Source of the DNA: Nemertoderma westbladi
Lineage: Eukaryota > Animalia > Xenacoelomorpha
Reading direction: 5' to 3'
NCBI GenBank assembly: GCA_032718475.1
Contig: JAUCBJ010008813.1
Location: forward strand, 63,417 to 127,416
Length of the DNA stretch: 64,000 bases
Shown: positions 51,801 to 64,000 of the stretch, one piece after another
How positions within the stretch are numbered: the first letter of the stretch is position 1
Layout: every line of letters starts with the position of its first letter
Made by a program: the position numbers and the translations under genes
The notes under the pieces: generated by a model
Databases searched by the model: none
The model's input: the letters and a program-made list of their open reading frames with translations, nothing else
Told to the model about the DNA's origin: nothing

Positions 51801-54800
51801 AGACGACTTTTTAAATCCTAGTAATAAAAATTCTGACGGATATTGTGGGGTCATTTGACCACATTATTCAAGGAGATAGTGTATATTAGATACCTGGGTT
51901 CCGTTTTGTCCTTTTCATTTGGCGGACCCATTCTGGTGTTTTTTCGTCCTCTGATGAATTCTCCCTACCAACAGTGTTCAATTTCTTATTGGTTGCAGCG
52001 TCATTGGTTGCCCCAGAAACACTTCCTACCGAATTTTTTGGCTTGTATGTTAACTTCGCCTGAAATAAAATCATTATATTCAAATATTACAAATAAAATT
52101 AATCAAAATTATGGGCATTTAAAAAATTACGTCAGCCAACACTCAACCCAACACTCCCCCCAACACTCCACCCAACACTCCACCCAACACTCCACCCAAC
52201 ACTCCACCCAACACTCCATCCAATACTCCACCCAACACTCCACCCAACACTCCACCCAATACTCCACCCAACACTCTACCCAACACTCCACTAAACACTC
52301 CACCCAACACTCCATCCAATACTCCAAGCAACACTCTATCCTACACTATATCTGACTCCACCAACACTCCACCCAACACTCCACCCAACACTCCACCCAA
52401 TACTCCATCCAATACTCCACCCAACACTCCACCCAACACTCCACCCAACACTCCACCCAACACTCCACCCAACACTCCACCCAACACTCTACCCAACACT
52501 CCACTAAACACTCCACCCAACACTCCATCCAATACTCCAAGCAACACTCTATCCTACACTATATCTGAAACTCCACCCAACACTCCACCCAACACTCCAC
52601 CCAACACTACATCCAATACTCCATCCAACACTCCACCCAACACTCCACCCAACACTCTACCCAACACTCCACCCAACACTCCATCCAATACTCCATGCAG
52701 CACTCTATTCCACACACTATATCTGAAACTCCATCCTACACTCATTCAAACAATCCATTGAACACTCCAGCTATCATTCCACCCAACATTCCACCCAACA
52801 CTCCACCCAACACTCCATCCAACACTCCACCCAACACTCCACCCAACACTGCACCCAACACTCCACCAAACACTCCACCCAACACTCCACCCAACACTCC
52901 ACCCAACACTCCATCCAACACTCCACCCAACACTCCACCCAACACTGCACCCAACACTCCACCCAACACTCCATCCAACACTCCACCCAACACTCCAACC
53001 AACACTCCATCCAACACTCCATCTAACACTCCATATAACACTCCACCTAACACTCCATCCAACACTCAAGACATTTATTAAGGATATGGATTGCTAGCCT
53101 CTTGCATTGTTCTGTTAACCTGACCTTTACAGGTTGCGTAGCAACCTCCATCGGACTATAAATTTTATCTTTCGCAGATCCTCGGAGTTTGAAGTTGTTC
53201 AACGCACTTTTTGCACCGGAAAATATCGGCGGTATTTGGATCTAAAATAAAATAAAAAACAAGGAAAATTAAGTAAGGAATAGAGAATGTGCAGAATCTG
53301 AAATTCTATGTAAATTACCAGTATAATGGTACCAGTATAATAAATAAAAATAAAATATTAAAAATAAATTAATTAGACCTTTGGTTTCTGTGGCAACGTC
53401 GGTACTGAGTTCCTTCTATTATTCCAGACATTTCCTCTGTCTTCTTTGTTTTTCGTCAACAATTGATTAACCAGAGGTTTTGAAGGAAAAAGTCCTGCAT
53501 AAAAATGGTAAATAGGTTCTGCATGTCATATTATAGTTAACTAAAAGGTACATTTAGTCCTACACATATTAAATATTTACTCGAAAGAAAAGAATCATTT
53601 GAACAAAATCGCCAACTCTTCATTAAAGAAAATTATTTGAAAAAAGAAAGATCATCCGGTTTTATTGGCTATTCAGTAGATAATAAAAAGTTGTTAAAGA
53701 GAAGAGTAAATAACTCTTATAATTTGTAATAACAGACAATAAATGTTTGTATTTCAGTGTTGAAACAATAGAAGTAAAATCACCTGTATGCGAAGTATCC
53801 GATCCATTAGCAACCAAGAACTCGTTCTGCAACTTAGTTCGAACTCCGATCTCTAGTTGAGCCATCTCCCTATCGGTAGCCACGGCGTGCTCCCGTTGTA
53901 ATTGGAGTCGGATCTCCTTATCGACGATGGATGTCGGAACTCTGTCGTCTGCGGGAGAGAAACTCCTCTCCGCCTCATCGTCGTCGCTAAGCTCCGGAGT
54001 CCTTAGCAACGGGGTGCTGAAAGCCGGAAGGTCCGGGTCGTTTATTATCGTCTGTTCGAAAAATAAATTGCGATCCAACTTCGGGATCATCGAGAGATCG
54101 AGAACGGGACACGGGAGGGAAGATCGCTTCTTCTGTTTCCTGAACGAGGAAACGAACTTTGGTTTCATAGGCCAATCTGGTGACTCACTTCTCGGTGTTG
54201 ATTTCTTCTTTACATTAGTTTTAACATTTTTGGTTGACTTTTCAGCTTCAGATCTTAATTCTTGGATAACTTCCGGTGGCTTCTTGCGCTTTTCAACTGC
54301 TTCACATGTTTCCGACTTACTGGTTAATCTTGACCCCATAGAAACATTATTTACGTCAGCTTCAGATGGAGAAACAACACATTGTTGTAAATTGTTTTGT
54401 ACGTCAATCTTCAACAAGTCGTGAGCAATACCAGGTAGTTTCGAAGTTTCAAGTGTAACAATGCTAGTAATATCTGGAATAATATCACGTGGTGCGTTGA
54501 ATGATGGAATGTCTGTTTCACTTGTGCGCAAGTTGCTGGTTTCCTGTGAACTATTGTTCCATATTTCCACGGCCTCAAAACAAACATTACCACCTTTATT
54601 GATATCGGATTGGCTCATATTTTTAGAGTTCATATTTTCCAAACTATCTTCTTCTATTCCGCTCCTAATATCCTTATTAGGAGGCCGTTGTAATGCTGCT
54701 TTAGTAACTTCTTCTATGAATTTTTCAGCGTACTCTCTCCATTTGCTGTAAGATTTGTTTGTAAAGCTATCTAAGATATTGCTAACATTAACAACATTGA

Positions 54801-57800
54801 GACCACTAGAGGATTGTCCGCTCTGGGAACCAATGGAATCTATAGACATTGCACATGTTGAAGCCTGATTGGTAATATCGACATCGCGAAAATTATTAAA
54901 AGCGTTCCGTAGAGATGAATTGATCGCAGAATTAGCACTTATATTAGGCGCATTCATCGCAGAATTGGAATCACCACTTAGCGAAACAACTACATCAGCC
55001 TTTTGAGTCTCATTAATATCAGCAGGTTCATCCATGAAGGATGGAGGGGGAGGAACTATTAACATCTGTAAAGTCCCAACTGTTTTACATCCAGATTTCG
55101 ATATTCCCGATAAGGAGCTACTGTTAATACTCGAATCAGTGAAATTAGGTAATGAAAGGCGAACGTTGAAGTCAGTTCCTCTAGATTCCAATGGACTATT
55201 CGAAACATTTATACAATCAGATGGTTGAGGATTCTGTCCCGTTTTGAAGGAAACCTCCTCACTTACGACTATCTCTTTTGTATCTTCTGCACAAACACTT
55301 GCAATGTCTTCTTCAACTGCGCCACTGATAGCTGATGTGGATTGAGTAACAACTGTACCGACATTTTCCTTGGAATTATTATATTGTGATGAATTTTCTG
55401 TATTTGCTTCTAATCGTTCAGAATTGACCTCATAATTTTCATCATATGGAACAATAAGTTGAGAATTAGAATTTAAATACTTTTGTTTGTCGTAAAAGTC
55501 TATAACTTGTTCCGCATCTTTTTTGTTCTCATCTGTGGAGTTTTCCGCATCTACCTGTAACTTGAAGCTATGTTCATCAAACTCAATGTTGGTAAGTACT
55601 TTCTCAGTAATAGTCGCTTCAGATATGGAATTATCATTGCTGTTGTTTGTTTTAAAACTTGTCTCTAAACTGTACATCGATGAAGGTTCTAGAAAATTTA
55701 TATTAGTAGAGTTGTTGTCAGTAATATTGACAATTGAGTGTTCTTGAGATGTTTCATCATTAATCGAATCATCTTCAGTAATAATTAGACAGCCAACAGG
55801 ACCTCCAACATTCGTATAAGTTGACTTATTATGTTTATCCGAGAGAGAATTGCCGCATATCTCTAAAGACGGATACTCCGAGAGAGACTCATCCAAAATA
55901 TACATAGTATTCGGGTTTTTAGAAGGGTCGTTGGTATCATGTGGCTCCGAATGGAAGAAGTTTAAAGACGGTAACTTCGGAGGAGGTAAATCATTATCTT
56001 GATCATCCAACCAAAACTCGTCGTCTATTAACTCGTCTATGATTAATTCGAGTTCTCCAACGTCCTTGAGAGTGCCTTCCGACGCGTCGCTGCTGAAGCG
56101 AGACGTTAACTGTTCACTCCATTTATTTTGTACCGCAGCAGAACTCTGTTCGTAAGATTCCAAGGGATAACTCGGTTTATCGGTAACCGAAGAAACAATC
56201 TCGGATTCTAGAATGTTCGAGACGTTTGTAAGATCATCTGTAACCGTGTCAACGTCTTCCAAGTCGCAACTTATAACGACGAAACTAGAATTGGTTGTTC
56301 CGCTAACCGGATTCCTTTCTAAATCGTCAGACACAGCATTAGCTGGGCTCAAAGTTTCTCCAAATGATAACATAGACTTGATGCTGTTACCCTCATTAAA
56401 TAAACTCTGACTTACAGAAGAACTTATACTGCTTAGTAAAGAATATCCATCTGGTTTGGATTTGTTTGCAGATGTTTTTTTCCGCGGGCTATTTATAGAA
56501 TGCTGAGGTTTCGGTTGAATTTTTGGGCGCAAGTTGCCCGATGTTGGAACACTATCACTCGTTGCGTTTATTCTCTGTTGTAAATGAAGGCTAGATTCAA
56601 ATGGTTTGATGTTCTCGCTTGGTTCATCAAGGCTGTTCTCCAGTATGGGTTCGAGATTTCCTTCATTGGGGTCAGACAAACTAAATGCGGTGCCGTGGTT
56701 GTCGGCACCGCGTGGTCGGTCGGTGGGGTCTGCTGAATGGACGTAGCAACTCGTCTCTATGAATGGAACAGATGGTTCGGCATCTGTTAAAAAAGTAATC
56801 AAATCATATAATATATATTTTGTAAGTTGGAAAATTAAGATAATCTTTATTAGCTTGCAATATCATTAACTTAAATTGATATTTTATTATCACTATTTTA
56901 CATATTTTTTTAATTATTAGACAGTCAAGTAAAGAATCTTTGCGGTAGGTATACATAAAAATTGGTACCGGTGACTTACTAAGATATTATTATTATGAGG
57001 ACAATCCATGAAATGACATGAAAGCGATTGCACGCTGCCGTCCTCCTTGTTGCCACACGCAACCGCAAGGAAGTCATCAACAGTGAGAAACGTGATAGGT
57101 GCAAGCTTGTGTTGCTGCTTCCCAGTTGTTAGTTGCTGGACAACCCCCCTTTTCATATCATTACACCGACCTTCCTCATTTTGACATCATTTGCCATTTA
57201 ATTTCCTGGCTTGGCCTCTTGAGAATGCCTTCCACTGCGAGGAAAAACTATACAATGCCTGCTGATAACTCATTGCATGCAGTATCTAGGTCTCCATTTA
57301 TGTTCAGGTTACCAACCGGAGAGGTTTTTAAGTCATTTCTTTGACTCACAATATAATATATTATTCAAAAGTAGGATATGAAAGAATCCCATGATTTTAC
57401 ATTATTTTCAAATATAGTTTAAAAAAAAATGACAGTTAGACCACGCAAACAATAATCTAAATCTCAATCGCTTTAAAACACATGGAAAAGTCTGGAATGA
57501 TTTCTCGCAATATTTAATGGAACAATAAGACAACCTGGTAGTTGTATAAACTACCAGGAACTATATTAGCAACCAGTTAACTATATTAGCAACCAGTTAA
57601 CTATATTAGCAACCAGTTAACTATATTAGCAACCCGTTAAATATATTAGCAACCCGTTAACTATATTAGCAACCAGTTAACTATATTAGCAACTATATTA
57701 GCAACCAGTTAACTATATTAGCAACCAGTTAACTATATTAGCAACCAGTTAACTATATTAGCAACCAGTTAACTATATTAGCAACCAGTTAACTATATTA

Positions 57801-60800
57801 GCAACCAGTTAACTATATTAGCAACCCGTTAAATATATTAGCAACCCGTTAACTATATTAGCAACCAGTTAACTATATTAGCAACCAGTTAACTATATTA
57901 GCAACCCGTTAAATATATTAGCAACCCGTTAACTATATTAGCAACCAGTTAACTATATTAGCAACCAGTTAACTATATTAGCAACCCGTTAACTATATTA
58001 GCAACCAGTTAACTATATTAGCAACCAGTTAACTATATTAGCAACTATATTAGCAACCAGTTAACTATATTAGCAACTATATTAGCAACCAGTTAACTAT
58101 ATTAGCAACCAGTTAACTATATTAGCAACCAGTTAACTATATTAGCAACTATATTAGCAACCAGTTAACTATATTAGCAACCAGTTAACTATATTAGCAA
58201 CCAGTTAACTATATTAGCAACCAGTTAACTATATTAGCAACCAGTTAACTATATTAGCAACCAGTTAACTATATTAGCAACCCGTTAAATATATTAGCAA
58301 CCCGTTAACTATATTAGCAACCAGTTAACTATATTAGCAACCAGTTAACTATATTAGCAACCCGTTAAATATATTAGCAACCCGTTAACTATATTAGCAA
58401 CCAGTTAACTATATTAGCAACCAGTTAACTATATTAGCAACCCGTTAACTATATTAGCAACCAGTTAACTATATTAGCAACCAGTTAACTATATTAGCAA
58501 CCCGTTAAATATATTAGCAACCCGATAACTATATTAGCAACCAGTTAACTATATTAGCAACCAGTTAACTATATTAGCAACCAGTTAAATATATTAGCAA
58601 CCCGTTAACTATATTAGCAACCAGTTAACTATATTAGCAACCAGTTAACTATATTAGCAACCCGTTAAATATATTAGCAACCCGTTAACTATATTAGCAG
58701 CCAGTTAACTATATTAGCAACCAGTTAATTATATTAGCAACCAGTTAACTATATTAGCAACCCGTTAAATATATTAGCAACCAGTTAACTATATTAGCAA
58801 CCAGTTAATTATATTAGCAACCAGTTAACTATATTAGCAACCCGTTAAATATATTAGCAACCAGTTAACTATATTAGAAACCAGTTAACTATATTAGCAA
58901 CCCGTTAAATATATTAGCAACCCGTTAACTATATTAGCAGCCAGTTAACTATATTAGCAACCAGTTAATTATATTAGCAACCAGTTAACTATATTAGCAA
59001 CCCGTTAAATATATTAGCAACCAGTTAACTATATTAGCAACCAGTTAATTATATTAGCAACCAGTTAACTATATTAGCAACCCGTTAAATATATTAGCAA
59101 CCAGTTAACTATATTAGAAACCAGTTAACTATATTAGCAACCCGTTAAATATATTAGCAACCAGTTAATTATATTAGCAACCAGTTAACTATATTAGCAA
59201 CCCGTTAAATATATTAGCAACCAGTTAACTATATTAGCAACCAGTTAATTATATTAGCAACCAGTTAACTATATTAGCAACCCGTAAACTATATTAGCAA
59301 CCCGTTAAATATATTAGCAACCCGTTTAATATATTAGCAACCAGTTAACTATATTAGAAACCAGTTAACTATATTAGCAACCAGTTAACTATATTAGCAA
59401 CCCGTTAAATATATTAGCAACCAGTTAACTATATTAGCAACCCGTTAACTATATTAGCAACCAGTTAACTATATTAGCAACCAGTTATCTATATTAGCAA
59501 TCAGTTATCTATATTAGCAGGCTCATTCCATGAAAAGGTCAACCTCCCCACTAATTTCGAAAAATGAGATGTAGCTTTGAATTTATACTTCTTTTAGGTC
59601 AAAAATTTATCGTACTTCCTGAATGCTAAAAATTGTATCAACACAGGTGGTTTCTCAAAAATAGTCTAATTAAAAATTATGCACCTGCTCTGCACAAAAT
59701 GTGAATAAAAGTGTGCAAAAGTCCGTTTCCTGTAGTCACTTCCTATGACCAATAAATTAACATTTCTGAGCATGAACCAAATCAAAAACAAACCCATTTT
59801 CAAATTTCATTTTCAAGTTTCATTCCTCTGTAATGAAATCGATAAAGTTAATCATGTGATGTCCCATAATTTACCTAAAATAGTGAAATTTTTAGTTTAT
59901 TCACAGAGATGTAACTCAGCCTAATCACCCAGTGGAATGCAAAGCACGTTTGTGTTGCGTCATCGTATAAAACAATTAGTTTCATCTTCACTCCCTCAGA
60001 AATATCGTGGCGGCCAATTGAAAATTGTCCCATACTTTACCATTAAAATGGCGATTATATTAGTGCACTGTATTAATGTAATATGTGAAGCCATGAGTGA
60101 TATAATACTCTAAGGTCATAGTCGACCGTAAGAATAGGAGTCTATATTTGAACTGAGAATCATTCCTCAGTCAAGAAATCTTTGGGTTTATGCATGTAAA
60201 GTCCCATACTTTACCAAAAAATAGTGAAATTTTTAATTTATACACAGAGAAGTAGTCTAACTAAGCCCAATCACCCAGTGGAATGCAAAGCACGTTTGCG
60301 TTGCGTCATCTTAAGAAACAATTACCTGTAGTTTCATAATCTACTCCCTCAGAAACATCATGACGGCCAATTGAAAATTGTCCCATACTTTACCATTATA
60401 ATGGCGATTACATTAGTGCACTGTATTAATGTAATATATGAAACCTGGAGGGCAGGAGTGTTATAATGCTTTAGGGTGATAGTAGTTTCTGAAGCATAGA
60501 AGTATGCATTTGAACAAAGAACCATTCCTCAGTTAACTAATCTTTGAGTTTATGCATGTAAAGTCCCGTACTTTACAACAATTTTCAAAAATTTTAGTTT
60601 TTTAGCAGATAAGAAGATCGGTAAGTACAGTAATTGATACATTTTTAGAAAAATGGAAAGAATTTCTAAACTTTTCACAGAATACATGTGTACCAAGTTT
60701 GGTTATACAGTATTTCATCAATGATTGGCGGACTTATTTCGGTTTTTATCAAAATTTTGAAACTATCGGTACCAACAGACAGACTGTCTGATATGTGACC

Positions 60801-62641
60801 TTTGATTCCTTAAACTTCAGATTATTTCCAAACTTTTGACAGACTTCATACGTACCAAGTTTGGTTTAATTTCATCTATAAATGACCGAGTTATACAGTA
60901 TTAGCGATCAAAAATTAGACAGATGACAGACAACTCGTCAACGGCACCCGTATGCTAAGACTTCGGGTCAATTTGTGGGTCGCCCCACATTTTGCATCCA
61001 TATCTTGGTTGGAAATACTTAGTTGCACTTTATTATCACTATTTATCCAGAAATTACTGTTAGATTTAATTGTAAGAGACCATTTCGACCATAAAATTCG
61101 TCCAGGTCCCGTACTTTACCTAGCAATGTCCCATACTTTACCACACAAACCACGCTGTAAAAAATTAGCAATGTAGCAATTCGTCTGATATTTATATTTT
61201 TATTTTAGCTTAATAATACAGCTCTATCCTAAACATCAACTCAACACCGTACCTGCGCACAATTCGCTAAATTTTAGAATTGAAATCATAAAATAAAAAA
61301 AACCATTTCGTACGAATCCGTACTTTACCTTAATTGGACAAGCTGGTGTTTTCTCAAAAGTGACTAAGTCCCGCCATAAGCTTCGCGAAATCAAAGCTGA
61401 TATTCGAAAGTTCAATCCAAGCACAATTTTGTGCACATATGTGCTGTGGATAACATTGTACAGGCAATCAAAATTGTGTACGAATGTCCCGTACTTTAAG
61501 CCCTCTTTAGGCTTCAACCCTTTAAGTATATTATCAACCCGTTAATTATATTAGAAACCAGTTAACTATATTAGCAACCCGTTAACTATATTAGCAACCA
61601 GTTAACTATAATAGCAACCCTTTAAGTATATTAGCAACCAGTTAACTATAATAGCAACCCTTTAAGTATATTATCAACCCGTTAACTATATTAGAAACCA
61701 GTTAACTATATTAGAAACCAGTCAACTATATTAGCAACCAGTTAACTATATTAGCAACCAGTTAATACCACCAGTTAACTATATTAGCAACCAGTTAACT
61801 ATTAGCAAACGGTTAACTATATTAGCAACCAGTTAACTATATTAGCAACCAGCTAACTATAATAGCAACCAGTTAACTATATTAGCAACCAGTTAACTAT
61901 ATTAGAAATCAGTTAACTATATTAGAAACCAGTTAACTATATTAGCAACCAGTTAACTATATTAGCAACTATATTAGAACCAGTTAACTATATTAGCAAC
62001 CAGTTCACTATATTAGCAACCCGTTAACTATATTAACAACCCGTTAACTATATTAGCAACCAGTTAACTATATTAGCAACCAGTTAACTATATTAGCAAC
62101 CAGTTAACTATATTAGCAACCAGTTAACTCCACCAGTTAACTATATTAGCAACCAGTTAACTATATTAGCAACCGGTTAACTATATTAGCAACCAGTTAA
62201 CTATATTAGCAACCAGTTAACTATATTAGCAACCAGTTAACTATATTAGCAACCCTTAACTATATTAGCAACCAGTTAACTATATTAGCAACCCTTAACT
62301 ATATTAGCAACCAGTTAACACCACCAGTTAACTATATTAGCAACCAGTTAACTATATTCGCAACCAGTTAACTATATTAGCAACCAGTTAACTATATTAG
62401 CAACCAGTTAACTATATTAGCAACCCTTAACTATATTAGCAACGTACTCACCGTGGTTGTCGCAAGAAATCAAAGGTTTCGGAAGATCCGCTACAACCCA
62501 GAAACTTTGCTCACTGAGACCGTAGAACCGATCTGGATCGTTTTGTACATGCGGCGATCCAGTGGATCCAATCTGCACGGATCCAGTTGGTGATCCGGAA
62601 TCTAAGTCGCTCGTAAAATCGATCAGATTATTTCCTTCCAT
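48862..62641 (-). CDS. AKAP2/MISP-like large disordered scaffold protein (~1403 aa); exons 62641-62452, 56783-53784, 53494-53379, 53241-53125, 52059-51894, 51422-50969, 49030-48862
   Basis: All junctions are GT-AG and phase-consistent (total 4212 nt). Motifs SIVDKEIRLQLQRE, SIMRKEMEEAEEKESELRK and C-terminal VVMEPRV..QKRRSLAKQWEEAV resemble recalled AKAP2/MISP motifs ([37 protein letters not shown]). Confidence 0.78.
49615..50414 (+). mobile_element. Decayed hAT element with a transposase dimerization-domain remnant (~50115-50290)
   Basis: SKLKLIVNYYLRTTTTMSEKRLSELALLSIESE; ends CAGAGGC.. and ..GCCCCTG; TSD CTAATAAA / CTAATAAT (7/8). Confidence 0.8.
50540..50855 (+). mobile_element. 3' fragment of an RTE-like LINE
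   Basis: Broken frames give RLRLAGHCI..NLVLWQP.HG..GGQPMTF..GLED; short (AGT)n tail. Confidence 0.7.
52135..53066. repeat. 12-bp intronic minisatellite CCACCCAACACT with higher-order blocks
   Basis: Clear 12-bp period; marker ACACTATATCTGA recurs at ~52343, ~52556 and ~52714. Confidence 0.92.
57559..62443. repeat. 20-bp intronic minisatellite AACTATATTAGCAACCAGTT, split by a ~2-kb insertion
   Basis: Array blocks at 57559-59518 and ~61516-62443; starts 8 nt after the exon-1 donor of the minus-strand gene. Confidence 0.93.
59519..61515. mobile_element. Transposon-like insertion with a ~340-360-bp internal tandem duplication, a recurring GTCCCATACTTTACC motif and a nested HINE-like piece (~60660-60990)
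   Basis: Interrupts the 20-bp array; motif variants occur about 9 times; duplicated blocks at ~59860-60200 and ~60200-60575. No TIR pair recognised. Confidence 0.6.
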
Positions 62642-63489
62642 GTCGGTCTAAATTAACTAAACTAAAACTTTTGCGAACTAGATAAATTAGTTCACTAACT
62701 CAATTAGTTTTATACACTGGCCGGAATATCATTTCGAGTTTTAGAGATAATAGTTGAAGCGAATAACCCAAACAGCAATATTGTCAGACCTCTTCTGCAC
62801 CTAATGAAGAGTTTCTTTGCGAAATTCCGGCGCATTTTGATAAAATACACAACAAGTAATAATAATTAATAAATGAAATATTACAAACAATATTCTATTA
62901 GGGACAATGAAATATATATGGAACCGTAATTCTTAGCTGAATTCTACCCGGACGCCGTACTGTAATGGCAATTGGGTTTGTATTATTGGGATGCCAAAAA
63001 ATAGCGAGTCTTGTGGATTTGGGAAAAGTTCCAAAAATATTCTTCCCAGGGTGTCCAACAACATAGGCGCATCCCTAACACACAATGACTCACACAGAAT
63101 AATTATTTACACAACAATAATATTATACATTATAATGGATCACATTATTGTTAAGTACTGAATCGTCCGTAGTTCAGCATTAACTGTATCCCCAGTCATT
63201 GAATACGATTTACGGTACGGATGCACGAATATAAAGGAGATAACGCCCCTTGTTTTAGCATATTTGTTGGCGCCGATGATATTTTATTATTAATAAGATA
63301 GTTAGTTTACAGTACATGATGATGTCCTTAGTTTGCTATTGAATATCATCTCGTTTTCAATGCCAACACACTTTCAGATAAAAGAAGGATGGATGTTACT
63401 GAACCCCCTATTATTAATTCTAAATCAGCCAACTAAATCTTTTTATAATAAGGCTACCGATCAACATTTTACACAACTCTGAAGGGCAT

Positions 63490-63870
63490 TAAATGGTTTC
63501 TGGTTTACTTTGAGAGCGGTGTGTCTGCTCTTTGTGACAACGGCGACCACCTTGCATTCATTGCGTGGCGCTAGAAGAGGCATCCCAAGCGTTGTCGAGA
63601 CAAGGTGTCACTTCCGGTGGTGCGGAGGTTCTCTTCTATCAGGCTGGAAAGAATATGTTAGACCTTTCAAGGAAGAAGCGGTGTTCTGGAATAGCGTTTG
63701 GATTTAAGCTGGTCGACCAATCGCACAGAAGAGGAATATTATTCATTCCAAGAGAGTAGCCGAATCCCAGTGTATGTATGCTATTCGCTGATTGAAAGTA
63801 AAAAGGGTTGACAAAGTTCGTGGAGATAAATTTATTGAATACCTTGACAATAACAATAATTGTGATCTTT
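63490..63870 (+). mobile_element. Decayed LINE ORF2 linker-region fragment
   Basis: SGWKEYVRPFKEEAVFWNSVWI*AGRP..YAIR is typical of the region between endonuclease and RT; contains an in-frame stop. Confidence 0.7.
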
Positions 63871-64000
63871 AACGTTTATAACGTTTATAACCAAGAGTAT
63901 AGAGTTATGAGTTTAGTTCATAGGAAAAAAATGTTGGCACGGTTGGTGAGATAATTCCCACAGATATGTTGAGAAAATAATCTATATATATAATAAATTA

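Noticed and set aside
52127-53081. GGVL / WVEC / PNTP repeat ORFs
   Set aside because: Products of a 12-bp intronic minisatellite; the flanking exons splice in phase without it.

Overview
AT-rich, repeat-dense animal genomic DNA, probably from a marine invertebrate; it is not prokaryotic. Five protein-coding genes were reconstructed by hand: (1) the 3' part of an Enhancer of Polycomb (EPC) gene on +, spliced, from before position 1 to 19804; (2) a spliced PAN/Apple + F-type (fucolectin) lectin gene on -, nested in the last large EPC intron; (3) an intronless RING/B-box/coiled-coil TRIM gene on -; (4) an intronless type II membrane fibrinogen-domain (FReD) gene on + whose cytoplasmic tail carries an ITAM-like motif; (5) a 7-exon, ~1400-aa AKAP2/MISP-like gene on -. 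About 22 kb is tandem array, and the rest contains hAT-type elements with 8-bp target-site duplications (TSDs), MITEs, HINE/DINE-1-like elements, SINEs and LINE fragments. The most striking pattern: three unrelated intronic tandem arrays (1-4138, 4414-4993, 11467-16063) are each made of the last 20-70 nt of the upstream coding exon plus its 5' splice donor and a tiny GT..AG piece. These introns therefore carry about 8 to 130 copies of their own exon/donor junction. All homology calls come from recalled motifs, not database searches.
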